From the NCBI GenBank assembly GCA_910589375.1, contig CAJUTK010000002.1:437651-501650 (forward strand): a stretch of 64,000 bases of DNA. Direction: 5' to 3'. How positions within the stretch are numbered: the first letter of the stretch is position 1; every line of letters begins with the position of its first letter. This stretch comes from an uncultured Bacilli bacterium. GTDB taxonomy: Bacteria; Bacillota_I; Bacilli_A; RF39; UBA660. Positions 52,483 through 61,741 of the stretch are shown piece after piece. The notes beneath the pieces were generated by a model. That model had not been told where the DNA came from. It ran no database searches and saw only the letters and a list, made by a program, of their open reading frames with translations. The translations under genes were made by a program, and so were the position numbers.

Positions 52483-53444
52483 TCTTCTGCTTCCTCTAAC
52501 ATATTGGTAATTAGTATACCGTATCCACGAGTGGGATCATCTACTACTACATGTGTTACTGCCCCCACAATATATTCCCCTTGAACTATTGGGGAACCAC
52601 TCATTCCTTGAATAATTCCGCCTGTCTTGTCTAATAAGTTGGAATCTGTAATCTCAAATAGAATATTTTTAGTATGGTCTTTTGTTTCCTGTACTTTTGT
52701 AATTTTAATGTCATACTCTTCTACTTTACTTCCACTTACAACAGTTCTGATTTTAGCGCTTCCTAATTTTATGTTTTCCACTTGCGCAACCTTATACAAA
52801 TGCTTTTCCTCTATATCTTCTTGGTAAAATCCAAAAATACCTTTATTGGTATTTTTCTTAATTTCCCCTATTATATCAGATGTATTGAAAGTTGCATTTT
52901 TTTCTCCTGGATTTCCATCTCTACTTTTTGTAATACTGCTAATAGAAGATGAAAAGATATCTCCATCTTTGGACTCTACTATTTTCCCACTAGATGAATC
53001 GACTATTTCATGACCTAATGCACCAAATCGTTTGGTATTGGGATCGACAAATGTTAAAGTTCCAATTCCTGATACAGAATCTTTCAAGTACAATCCAGTC
53101 TTTTTATTTTTTAATGTTAATTCAGTCGTATATTCCTTACCATTTCTTACGTAGCCTATAGAAATAATACTTTTATTATTTCTAGAAAGAATGGATGAAA
53201 TATTATCAATAGAAATTACTTTGTTGTGGTCAATAGAGACAATTTTATCACCAATTTTTAATCCTGCCTTTGAAGCAGGATCAACACCTTCTATATCATA
53301 AGTACCAATGATTTGAATGCCATCAGTATTTAATTTTATTCCGATATTGTCTCCACTAGCTATAATGTAATCAGAATAGGCAGAAATGTTACAAGGAATG
53401 GCGATAAGAAGCAAAATAAACAGGATATTTAATTTTTTTATCAT
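52470..53444 (-). CDS. spoIVB: SpoIVB sporulation serine peptidase (S55) with PDZ domain
   Basis: PDZ GLKIGDKIVSIDHNKV; S55 motifs GTLTFVDPNTKRFGALGH and GMSGSPIV. The AAGGAGT RBS favours the ATG at 53444. Confidence 0.85.
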   Translation of the reverse strand: MIKKLNILFILLLIAIPCNISAYSDYIIASGDNIGIKLNTDGIQIIGTYDIEGVDPASKAGLKIGDKIVSIDHNKVISIDNISSILSRNNKSIISIGYVRNGKEYTTELTLKNKKTGLYLKDSVSGIGTLTFVDPNTKRFGALGHEIVDSSSGKIVESKDGDIFSSSISSITKSRDGNPGEKNATFNTSDIIGEIKKNTNKGIFGFYQEDIEEKHLYKVAQVENIKLGSAKIRTVVSGSKVEEYDIKITKVQETKDHTKNILFEITDSNLLDKTGGIIQGMSGSPIVQGEYIVGAVTHVVVDDPTRGYGILITNMLEEAEDIRE

Positions 53445-53503
53445 AAAAAAACTCCTTAAGGCTACAATATTAATATGAGAAAAAAGAATATAAGTATGCA
53501 TGT

Positions 53504-53527
53504 AAAAAAAAGGATTTCTCCTTTTCT
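53504..53527 (-). terminator. intrinsic terminator of the sortase gene
   Basis: AAGGA/TCCTT stem followed by an 8-T run on the minus strand. Confidence 0.6.
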
Positions 53528-54839
53528 ATTTTGCTTTAGATTGTACTAATTTAGCATGAATAACAATTCTTTCTCCCTCATAATTTAAACAAGTTGAAAG
53601 TGTTAATATCTTATCATTAGTAGAAACATTAGCCTTAAAATCATATTTACTTCTAGCTACAATCGTATTTAAAAATTTCTGATAAGATTCATCATTTTCA
53701 AAATTATGGGTTAAATAATAAGCTTCTGCATCTATTGTATAAATAGAGATAATTTGCCACAATGTATTTTGTGTTGGTGTAGACAATTTAATAATTTGAT
53801 TTTCTTTATTTGTATACCAAGACTTCTTTAAAGTCTTATCAAGACTGCCAAACATTACTTGATCTACCCTACCATGACCATAAATAACTGTATTTTTTTT
53901 GAAATTTTTTAAATCGGAACGATAATCTGCGAATATCCATCCAGCAGCATTTCTTGTTCTATCAAACGCTTTATTTAAGTAATACGTATTATTACTAGTT
54001 TGAACAATTGGGTAATTAATATTCGTATTATTGACAAATAGCCAACCAACAGTATCACTATTTTCCTTTTTTAATTTATCAAAATCGACACTAATCATAG
54101 GAACTTTCATGTAATTCCAATAATCTTTTCCATATTTTTCCTTTTTTACTACGTCTGTCGGCGTTTTAGTATCCTCTGCCACCCCAAATTCTTCTTCAAT
54201 AGGGATGTAAAACTCTTCTTCTACTTCTTCTTTTGTAGTTTCCGCAATTAGATCACTAGCAAGTTTCTTAGTTTCTTTTCCTTCTGTTTTCCAATTGGCA
54301 TAAATACTATAAAATTCCATAAAGCAGATAGCAGAAAAAGCGATTAATACCATATAAGCAAATTTTGCAAATGGAAATTTTACTGTAGTAGTAGGTTCTA
54401 CCTTTTCTTCTATTTTATCAGAAATTTTTATTTCTAAAAGCTCTTCCATACTTTTCTTATGGTAAGGAATAGATTCTAGTGCAAACAATGTAACAAAGTA
54501 ATCCTTTGATATCCCATAATAGTTTTCTATTTCAAAATATTTTTCTTCCCTAATTAAAATTTTTTGTAAAACATAATTTAAATAACGAATATCTTTATTT
54601 TGATTTAGCATAAATACATAAGCATCTAAAAGACTCTGAATATTTTGATAGAATCTTTTAGAAGAGAAGTTTTCCGTAATTACTTCTTCTATTGGTAAAT
54701 AAGAAATATCTTCTTCCATTTTTCTTACTAAATAAGCATACTGAAAAGAAGAATTTAAGTAGATAACAAAATCTATATTCTTAATTTTCAATATTTCAAT
54801 AATACGATATGTTTTGTTATTATATAGAAAATTATCCAT
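53526..54839 (-). CDS. srtB: class B sortase with a ~170-aa cytoplasmic N-terminal extension
   Basis: The C-terminal half carries SrtB signatures DTVGWLFVNNTNINYPIVQ, YGH and TLSTC. A TM helix (YMVLIAFSAICFMEFYSIY) is preceded by an unrecognised domain. Confidence 0.8.
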   Translation of the reverse strand: MDNFLYNNKTYRIIEILKIKNIDFVIYLNSSFQYAYLVRKMEEDISYLPIEEVITENFSSKRFYQNIQSLLDAYVFMLNQNKDIRYLNYVLQKILIREEKYFEIENYYGISKDYFVTLFALESIPYHKKSMEELLEIKISDKIEEKVEPTTTVKFPFAKFAYMVLIAFSAICFMEFYSIYANWKTEGKETKKLASDLIAETTKEEVEEEFYIPIEEEFGVAEDTKTPTDVVKKEKYGKDYWNYMKVPMISVDFDKLKKENSDTVGWLFVNNTNINYPIVQTSNNTYYLNKAFDRTRNAAGWIFADYRSDLKNFKKNTVIYGHGRVDQVMFGSLDKTLKKSWYTNKENQIIKLSTPTQNTLWQIISIYTIDAEAYYLTHNFENDESYQKFLNTIVARSKYDFKANVSTNDKILTLSTCLNYEGERIVIHAKLVQSKAK

Positions 54840-54900
54840 AAACTCCTCCTCATTTTTCTGTTAGTTGAAAGCTATAATATCATATTTTTTATAGATACGC

Positions 54901-54930
54901 AAATTAAAAGAATAGTTACTATTCTTTTAA
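54901..54930 (-). terminator. intrinsic terminator of the adhesin gene
   Basis: TTAAAAGAATA/TATTCTTTTAA 11-bp stem; overlaps the stop codon. Confidence 0.55.
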
Positions 54931-57254
54931 TTTTGCTTACTTAATTTATATATTCCAAAAATTGCCAAAGAAATGCTTCCAATAAATCCAATATAAACAA
55001 AAGCCATATTTTGATCTGCTGTTACTGGAATTGGAGAGTTATACATGATAACCTCTTTATCAACTTTGCCATTTTCATCAATTGTAAATGTAATTACTTC
55101 ATCGCTTAGGCCATAACCTTTTGGAGATTTTGTCTCTATCAAGGTATAAGTACCTGGCTTTAATCCTGTAACATAATGTGGTGTATTAGTAGATACCCAA
55201 CTAGCTAAAACGTTTCCATTAGCATCTTTTAAAGTTAAAGATGCTCCTGGTAATTCTTTTTTAGTAGTTGCATCCTGTTTACTAATCTTTACTTTACCAG
55301 TTTTTTCTTCTTCTTTTGAATTATATATAGTAATTGTTTTATTAGTAGTGTCAGAATCAGTTACTGTAAAATAGATAGGTGTTTTATTTAAAACATATCC
55401 ACTTGGAGCACTTGTTTCTGTTATACTATATTCTCCAGCTTTTAAGTTTTTTACATAGTGAACAGAATTGTCACTTACCCATGTATCGATTACTTTACCT
55501 GTATTATCTTTTAGAACTAAAGTGGCACCCTTTAAGATTTCCCCTGTTGCTTGATCTTTCTTAACAATTCCAATACCATATGATTTTCTTGTATTGTAAA
55601 GAGTAATCGTTCTATCTGTTTGACCATCTTTTGTAACAGTAAAATTTACTGGTGTTGAATCTAATACATAACCAGATGGAGCAGATGTTTCAACAACGGA
55701 ATAATTTCCAGCACTTAAATTTCTAACATAGTGAGCAGAATCAGTAGATACCCATGTATCGATTACTTTACCTGCACTATTTTTTAAAACTAAAGTTGCT
55801 CCTTTTAATGTTTCTCCTGTTGTAGCATCCCTTTTAATAATACTGACACCATATGACTTTGGTGTATTATACATTACTAATGTTTGAACATTACCGCCAT
55901 TTCGAACAGTGAAACGAATAGTCTCTGATGATAGTTGGTATCCGCTTGGAGCACTCGTCTCTGTTAATGTATAATTTCCTTCTTCTAAATTCCAAATTTG
56001 ATGTGGAGTAGAAGTAGATACCCAACTATCAATGATTCTTCCTGCACTATTCTTTACTACCAAAGTAGCGCCTGCTAACTCACGACCTGTTGTGATATCT
56101 CTTTTACTAATAATAACAGATGATTTTTTTATTGGTGTATTTCTTAACACTACCCTACTTGTATTATTTGCTGTAACAGTAACTCTTACACTATTATTTA
56201 ATTTTTGATATCCACTTGGAGCAGATGTCTCTGTAATTGTATATACCCCGAGTGGTAAATTATTAATAACATAAGCTTTATTGCTTGAAGTAAAAGTAGA
56301 AATGACATTGCCATAATTATCAGTTACTTGAATTCTAGCACCTGCTAATAATCTTCCAGTTTCAGAATCTGTTTTTTCTATTCTTAGTGAACCTACTGGT
56401 TTTGATATAGAAAAACTAGTTTGAGCAGATAAATTTTTAGTAGAAGTTACTAAAATTCCAAGATCTTGTAAATTGGATGTTTGCTCATAACGATAAATTT
56501 TATTTGTTTTACCAACTGCATTCACTTTTACAATGATATTCATAGCATTAGCTACTTTAGAAGCAGGGATTCTAATGGAAAATCTTGTTCCTTTAGTAAG
56601 TCTTGTTCCAGATTTATATACTTGTCCATTAGAAGTAACAATTCTAGCATCAGAGCCAGCATTGATTAATGTTACTTGATAATTTTCATAACCGCTTCCA
56701 CCTACTGTCAAATATCCAGATTGATAGTAGTCTCCTGATTTAGTCATAGAAGAACCTGGATTAGTTATGGAAATAGAAGATTCTCCTACACGATTTGTTT
56801 TTGCCGCATTAGCAAGAGTGATAGCTGCACTTACAGCCTTATCGCTTTTATTTAATCCAGAAGTAGATACTTTTCCTTGATAAATCCAAAGCGCTAACTG
56901 TGTAGCATAATATTTTTGGTCATTAGTAAGATTATTGCCTAGTAAAGAACTATTCCAATTAGCACCATATCCATTTGCAAATATATAGATATATCCTGGA
57001 TCTGTGATTTCTCCTTTAAATGATAATGTAGATCCATCTGCTGGTACTTTTAAAGACTTATTCAAACAATAAGCAATGATAGTTGAACCTCCAGATGTAA
57101 CTGTTTTATAGTAAGTTTGTGCGCCAGATTGAATACTTACTCCTGATAAATTTCTTTTATGAAATGTTACTGCATTAGATACTGCAAAAGTATTACCAAT
57201 AGTTGCTAAAAAAGTACTTAATATAGCCACAATTACTAATAATTTCTTTTTCAT
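54927..57254 (-). CDS. surface adhesin with an N-terminal thioester domain and five SpaA/CnaB-type repeats (TIE-protein-like)
   Basis: Signal peptide; YCLNKS Cys motif and TQLALW Gln motif of thioester domains; five ~90-aa repeats ending TETSAPSGY; C-terminal hydrophobic helix plus KLSKQN tail. Confidence 0.8.
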   Translation of the reverse strand: MKKKLLVIVAILSTFLATIGNTFAVSNAVTFHKRNLSGVSIQSGAQTYYKTVTSGGSTIIAYCLNKSLKVPADGSTLSFKGEITDPGYIYIFANGYGANWNSSLLGNNLTNDQKYYATQLALWIYQGKVSTSGLNKSDKAVSAAITLANAAKTNRVGESSISITNPGSSMTKSGDYYQSGYLTVGGSGYENYQVTLINAGSDARIVTSNGQVYKSGTRLTKGTRFSIRIPASKVANAMNIIVKVNAVGKTNKIYRYEQTSNLQDLGILVTSTKNLSAQTSFSISKPVGSLRIEKTDSETGRLLAGARIQVTDNYGNVISTFTSSNKAYVINNLPLGVYTITETSAPSGYQKLNNSVRVTVTANNTSRVVLRNTPIKKSSVIISKRDITTGRELAGATLVVKNSAGRIIDSWVSTSTPHQIWNLEEGNYTLTETSAPSGYQLSSETIRFTVRNGGNVQTLVMYNTPKSYGVSIIKRDATTGETLKGATLVLKNSAGKVIDTWVSTDSAHYVRNLSAGNYSVVETSAPSGYVLDSTPVNFTVTKDGQTDRTITLYNTRKSYGIGIVKKDQATGEILKGATLVLKDNTGKVIDTWVSDNSVHYVKNLKAGEYSITETSAPSGYVLNKTPIYFTVTDSDTTNKTITIYNSKEEEKTGKVKISKQDATTKKELPGASLTLKDANGNVLASWVSTNTPHYVTGLKPGTYTLIETKSPKGYGLSDEVITFTIDENGKVDKEVIMYNSPIPVTADQNMAFVYIGFIGSISLAIFGIYKLSKQN
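55050..56395 (-). repeat. in-frame coding repeats (five SpaA/CnaB-like domain units)
   Basis: Recurrent blocks K.D..TG..L.GA.L.L....G..I..W.S......V..L..G.Y...ET.AP.GY in the translation. Confidence 0.8.
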
Positions 57255-57319
57255 AATACTCCTCCTCTTATTAGTGAATTATTCTAGCACTACTGACAAA
57301 ATTTGTCAAACTGTAACAT

Positions 57320-57345
57320 AAAAAAAGAAGAAAAATTTTCTTCTA
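57320..57345 (-). terminator. intrinsic terminator of the CotH-VTC-DUF4956 operon
   Basis: AGAAGAAAA/TTTTCTTCT stem followed by a T-run on the minus strand. Confidence 0.7.
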
Positions 57346-57996
57346 ATCTACACTTACTAAATGAATGCTTTCAATCTCTTCCTTATTCTTCCATGATAAT
57401 AAGTCTTCTGCTATTTCCCTGTTAGCAATTTCAAAGGTAAATTCAACAGAATTTTTCTTAACAGATTCTGTCTTTAAAGTGCACTTTTTCTTCTTACTCA
57501 TGAGTTTTAATATTTTATCTCCAAAATCCTTATCTGCTTTTACAACCAATAAATATTTAGTAGTACTTTTAACATTTGTCATATACATAATCATATAAAG
57601 TATTCCCAAAATAAGGGTTGCTATAAGAGTAGTCAAATAGATACCTGCCCCAGACATAATTCCTGCGGTAATAGCCCAAAACATAAAAATTGTATCTACT
57701 GGGTCTTTCACTGCCGTTCTAAAACGAACAATAGAAAGAGCACCTACCATACCTAATGAAAGAGCTAGATTGGAATTAATCGTTCGGATTACTAAAGATG
57801 TAACCATAGAAAGTAATACAATCGATAATACAAAAGATTTTGTATAGGATACTCCTGTATATGTTTTTTTATAAACATAAGTAATTAATAAGGCTGCTAC
57901 AAAAGCAGTAAGTAAGGAGAAAAATAAATCTCCTGTAGATAGTGTACCAGAAAATTCTTCTATTACACTTTTTTTAATCATATCTAAAAAGCTCAT
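57343..57996 (-). CDS. DUF4956-family membrane protein
   Basis: LSLGMVGALSIVRFRTAVKDPVDTIFMFWAITAGIMSG block. The AAGGAGGTA RBS favours the ATG at 57996. Confidence 0.75.
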   Translation of the reverse strand: MSFLDMIKKSVIEEFSGTLSTGDLFFSLLTAFVAALLITYVYKKTYTGVSYTKSFVLSIVLLSMVTSLVIRTINSNLALSLGMVGALSIVRFRTAVKDPVDTIFMFWAITAGIMSGAGIYLTTLIATLILGILYMIMYMTNVKSTTKYLLVVKADKDFGDKILKLMSKKKKCTLKTESVKKNSVEFTFEIANREIAEDLLSWKNKEEIESIHLVSVD

Positions 57997-57997
57997 G

Positions 57998-58693
57998 TTA
58001 TACCTCCTTTTTTTCTCTACACAACGCAAATTTAGAAACTGCTACACGAACAGTTGGTATTTCTTTAATGACACTAGCCAAATGGCTTGGAATAGAATTG
58101 TTAAACTTTACTTCTAATACTACTTCTCCAGGTTCTAATACGTTAAATGTAAGAATATCTTTATCAAATAAATCATACTGAAACTTACCAGATCGGATAT
58201 CCTCGTCAAAAGTAATTCTTGTATCTTCAACTGGAAAAGTAAACGCTAAACGCTTATAATCAACGATAACAGAAGGCTTTAAATGGTGTAATTTCTGTTT
58301 CAAAACAAATTCTCTTAAAAGGCCATCCTTAGCTAACTCAATTTCTTCAAAGTCCCCATTTAAAAATTTATGACAATCCTCTACTGAAATTTTTTCTTGT
58401 TTTTTATACGTTAAATCTCTATTTTTTTCTTTTCTTTCCAAACGTATAAAAGAGCTATCTAAATTATAAAGACGAATTCGATACTTCTCTCTTTTCTCAA
58501 GACCATCTATTTTTTCATAGTAAGCACTGTTATAATCATCATCAAAGTAAAGACTTCTTATAAAGTATGTATTATCCTCATTAATAGAATTGCTATCTAC
58601 ATCCATTAGTAAAGAAAGTTTTCTTTTTAATAATTCTGCTTCTCCTTGACTTAAAATAAATTTTAATTCATGTCTATATTGTTTTTTATCCAA
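57998..58693 (-). CDS. VTC-domain (polyphosphate-polymerase-like, CYTH-fold) protein
   Basis: N-terminal YRHELKF and a later Arg/Lys/Glu pattern (RLERKEK, LEVKF) typical of bacterial VTC-domain proteins. Confidence 0.7.
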   Translation of the reverse strand: MDKKQYRHELKFILSQGEAELLKRKLSLLMDVDSNSINEDNTYFIRSLYFDDDYNSAYYEKIDGLEKREKYRIRLYNLDSSFIRLERKEKNRDLTYKKQEKISVEDCHKFLNGDFEEIELAKDGLLREFVLKQKLHHLKPSVIVDYKRLAFTFPVEDTRITFDEDIRSGKFQYDLFDKDILTFNVLEPGEVVLEVKFNNSIPSHLASVIKEIPTVRVAVSKFALCREKKEV

Positions 58694-61547
58694 AATATTT
58701 CTTCACTTCCTCACTAGAGAGATGAAAATAACTCTTTGTATGGGTAATAATATAACTTCTTCGCTGCTTAATATAATTTTTTAGACTCTCACAATTATCT
58801 TCCCACTCTTTATAAGTCATACGCCAACGTTCTTGATTTCTCTTCATCTCTGGTTTTAATAATTCATAAAGTTCTTGATAGCGATTCATTACATTTTCAT
58901 CTGACCATACATTTTTCATACTATAAGATAATCTTTCTAAAAGTTTCTCACGGAATTCACTATTTTGTAGTAATCCCCTTAAAATAGTATTGTTATAATG
59001 ATATTCTCCAAGTCCTGCTGGATTTGTCAACCATTGCCACTGATTCCTTGTGTGATGATAAAAGGCAAAATCAAAATCATAGAATACCATTTTAATCTTT
59101 CCACCATCGACATTAGGATTATTAAAGTATCGAGTATTTACAATATCATTATTAACTGTATAGAGTTGTCCTATTGTCCAATCAATATAATTATCAATAT
59201 CTAGTCTCTCTTTTACATATTCATAAGCATCAGAATTTGCTAGATTATGACTACGTATGTAAGAAACTAATTTGTTATAGTCACTAGCACTTCCTTCACT
59301 TACTACATTATCAATACGAATAATATTAGTACCTTTAGAATCTACATTATAGTGATGAGCTACGAATTCATCATCTACTTTTTCTCTTAAAAAGTATACT
59401 CCCCAGTATTCTCCATTAATATATAAGATAACCGCTTTATAGGCCTGTACATCAACAGTACTATAGTCATCCATAATAGAAGTAGCTAACTCATCACGAA
59501 ACATAGAGCCAGTACTATCTTGTGAACCGCTACGTACTACAAGTGTTTTATAGCTAATGGCATCACGATTATCAAAAACTTTATAATTTAACTTAGAAGG
59601 ACCATATTTAGAAGAAAACTTTAGAGCAAAACTTTTTTTAGAAATAAATCTAGTTTGTCCTCCAAATAGTTTTAACCCACAATCAATCGTAAAAGAGCCT
59701 TCCTTTTCAAACAATTCTGCATGAGCATTTACTGTTAAAGTAGTAGAATTTAAATTAGTAGTTAAATACCTAAATGAAGTAGATGGTAAACTAATCGATA
59801 AAACTGGTAAAGTATGATTTTCATTAACAATATAACTACCTGTTACTACATTACTAAGCTTTTTATTTTTTTCATAAGAAACTGCTTTAATAACAGTAGT
59901 TTCATTTAAAAGAATAGGACTATTATATACCTTAGAATTCCTAGTAGGAATAGATCCATCTAAAGTATAATATATAGTCCCTGATCCCTTTAATTCAACC
60001 GCTAAATCCTTAGTGTTATTATAAATACCTGGCTCTTTGCTAAAAGTTGGTTCATAAGCAATTTCTAAAATATCTGACTTTCCATTTTTAGTACCAGGAG
60101 TAGGCTTTTCAAAATAGTAAAAACCATTTGTACTATTTCTACCATAGCTATATCCTATTGGAATATTAGAGACATAGATAGAATCTGCTAACTCTTTGCT
60201 ATGATACAAATAAATACTTTCTGAAGATGAAATTTTAAAATTAGCATGTGGATATTTAGAACTACTTAACTTAGTATCTCCTGATGCCATTACAATATAA
60301 TACTCTCCACTTTTTAATTCCTTATCAGGTAGATTATACATTGTCTTTTCATTAGAAGAAGTCGTTAGAAAATACTCTTTCAATGAAATACTATGGTCAG
60401 TATTATTATATAATTCTATCCAATCATAATATTCTCCACCATTTTGAGCCAAATAAGAATGATTGGCACTCATTACTTCATTAATAATTAATTCTTTAGG
60501 ATTCTTTCTTTCATTCTTTGAGAACTCTTCCATATTAGAATTTAAATAGCCTGGCGTAATATTAGTATTCTCCTGAAAATTTCCAGTAGAATCTTTTATA
60601 TAGGCAAAACCATTAGTAACATCTTCATAATTAACTTGTTCTACAATCTTATTATTTTTTGACAAGATAACAGTACCAGTCTTTTTATTTAAACTAAAAG
60701 AAGCATGATTGTCAGCACCTAATTCTGAAGTATAAATCAAATAAACCTCATCTGGCTTTAATATCTTATCTGGTAAACGATATTGAAAAGGTCTATTTAA
60801 ATCATTAGAAACAAAGTATTCTTTTAATGAAACTTCTTTATCACTTTTATTATGAATTTCAATATAACTATAAAACTTCTTATCAAACGAAATATTGCCT
60901 TTATTAGAAGGTAAAAATTCTGTAATTTCTAAAGAGTCCTCTTCTACAGATAAAGATTTAAGATATTCTTTTCTTCCATCAGTATTGTTACTATATCCTG
61001 GAGTAATTTCTTCTGTTTCTACCCATTTTCCTTTTTCATTTCTTGCCATAACTGTATTTTTATTTAAGGAAATAGTCTTTACTGTATCTACTACTTTTCC
61101 ATTTTTCTTTTTTAAGGTAATAGTTTCTCCACCAGCTTTACTAAGGGCGAAATTAGCATGCAATCCCTCCTCAGTTTTTCCTGATAGATAAACTATTAAA
61201 TATCCTTTGCTTTTAATAGTAGCAGATGGAAAAATCCATTTGGTATTACCGCTTTCCTCATCACTTAATCCATAACCAGATAAATCAATATCTGCACTTG
61301 TTCCATTATATAATTCTATCCAATCATAAACATTCCCTGACTCATCAGCGTAAGCGCCTTTATTAGAGGTCATAACCTCATTAATCACTAAAGCATCAAT
61401 TCGAATTTCTCCGTCTCCTAATGTTTCTTCTGCATTTTCTTTTGGAGAAATAAAAGATTCTACTGCTATTAAAACGATAATGAAAAGAAGCATTATCAAA
61501 ATACTTTTACCATTACTCTTTAGTTTCTTTAAGTCAATCAATCTCAT
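58686..61547 (-). CDS. CotH-kinase-family protein with N-terminal lamin-tail domains and a chitobiase-C-like domain
   Basis: Signal-anchor helix; three LTD-like units (VINEVMTSN..YDWIELYN, ITEFLPSN..YIEIHN, IINEVMSAN..YDWIELYN); GTIYYTLDGSIPT; C-terminal CotH-like region (VLYINGEYWGVYFLREK, YFNNPNVDGGKIKMVFYDFD). Confidence 0.8.
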   Translation of the reverse strand: MRLIDLKKLKSNGKSILIMLLFIIVLIAVESFISPKENAEETLGDGEIRIDALVINEVMTSNKGAYADESGNVYDWIELYNGTSADIDLSGYGLSDEESGNTKWIFPSATIKSKGYLIVYLSGKTEEGLHANFALSKAGGETITLKKKNGKVVDTVKTISLNKNTVMARNEKGKWVETEEITPGYSNNTDGRKEYLKSLSVEEDSLEITEFLPSNKGNISFDKKFYSYIEIHNKSDKEVSLKEYFVSNDLNRPFQYRLPDKILKPDEVYLIYTSELGADNHASFSLNKKTGTVILSKNNKIVEQVNYEDVTNGFAYIKDSTGNFQENTNITPGYLNSNMEEFSKNERKNPKELIINEVMSANHSYLAQNGGEYYDWIELYNNTDHSISLKEYFLTTSSNEKTMYNLPDKELKSGEYYIVMASGDTKLSSSKYPHANFKISSSESIYLYHSKELADSIYVSNIPIGYSYGRNSTNGFYYFEKPTPGTKNGKSDILEIAYEPTFSKEPGIYNNTKDLAVELKGSGTIYYTLDGSIPTRNSKVYNSPILLNETTVIKAVSYEKNKKLSNVVTGSYIVNENHTLPVLSISLPSTSFRYLTTNLNSTTLTVNAHAELFEKEGSFTIDCGLKLFGGQTRFISKKSFALKFSSKYGPSKLNYKVFDNRDAISYKTLVVRSGSQDSTGSMFRDELATSIMDDYSTVDVQAYKAVILYINGEYWGVYFLREKVDDEFVAHHYNVDSKGTNIIRIDNVVSEGSASDYNKLVSYIRSHNLANSDAYEYVKERLDIDNYIDWTIGQLYTVNNDIVNTRYFNNPNVDGGKIKMVFYDFDFAFYHHTRNQWQWLTNPAGLGEYHYNNTILRGLLQNSEFREKLLERLSYSMKNVWSDENVMNRYQELYELLKPEMKRNQERWRMTYKEWEDNCESLKNYIKQRRSYIITHTKSYFHLSSEEVKKYFG

Positions 61548-61582
61548 TTTTTCTCCTACTTCCTTATATTAGGATACCACAT

Positions 61583-61596
61583 AAATCGACTTTTTT
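61583..61596. repeat. 14-nt direct repeat, copy 1 (AAATCGACTTTTTT) in the divergent intergenic region
   Basis: An identical 14-mer recurs at 61689-61702. Confidence 0.85.
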
Positions 61597-61688
61597 CAAT
61601 CATTATACGAAGCTATTAATATAATATATAATACTAGCAATTTTCTATTACAAAAGAAATGGCAATATATTTACATACTAGATTGTGA

Positions 61689-61702
61689 AAATCGACTTTT
61701 TT
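61689..61702. repeat. 14-nt direct repeat, copy 2 (AAATCGACTTTTTT)
   Basis: Identical to 61583-61596; abuts TGaTATAAT at 61702-61710. Confidence 0.85.
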
Positions 61703-61741
61703 TGATATAATGAAAAAAGCTCGGAGTTGGGAGAAAATTTT

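Noticed and set aside
55050-56395. Repetitive DNA in the adhesin gene as a non-coding tandem repeat or mobile element
   Set aside because: The repeats are in-frame, ~270-nt domain-encoding units with diverged nucleotide sequence. They are explained by five SpaA/CnaB-type domains.
58998-61191. Plus-strand ORFs 58998-59204 and 60895-61191 within the CotH gene, and 57365-57598 within DUF4956
   Set aside because: They are antisense shadow ORFs with no translation signals, and the host genes have clear family signatures.
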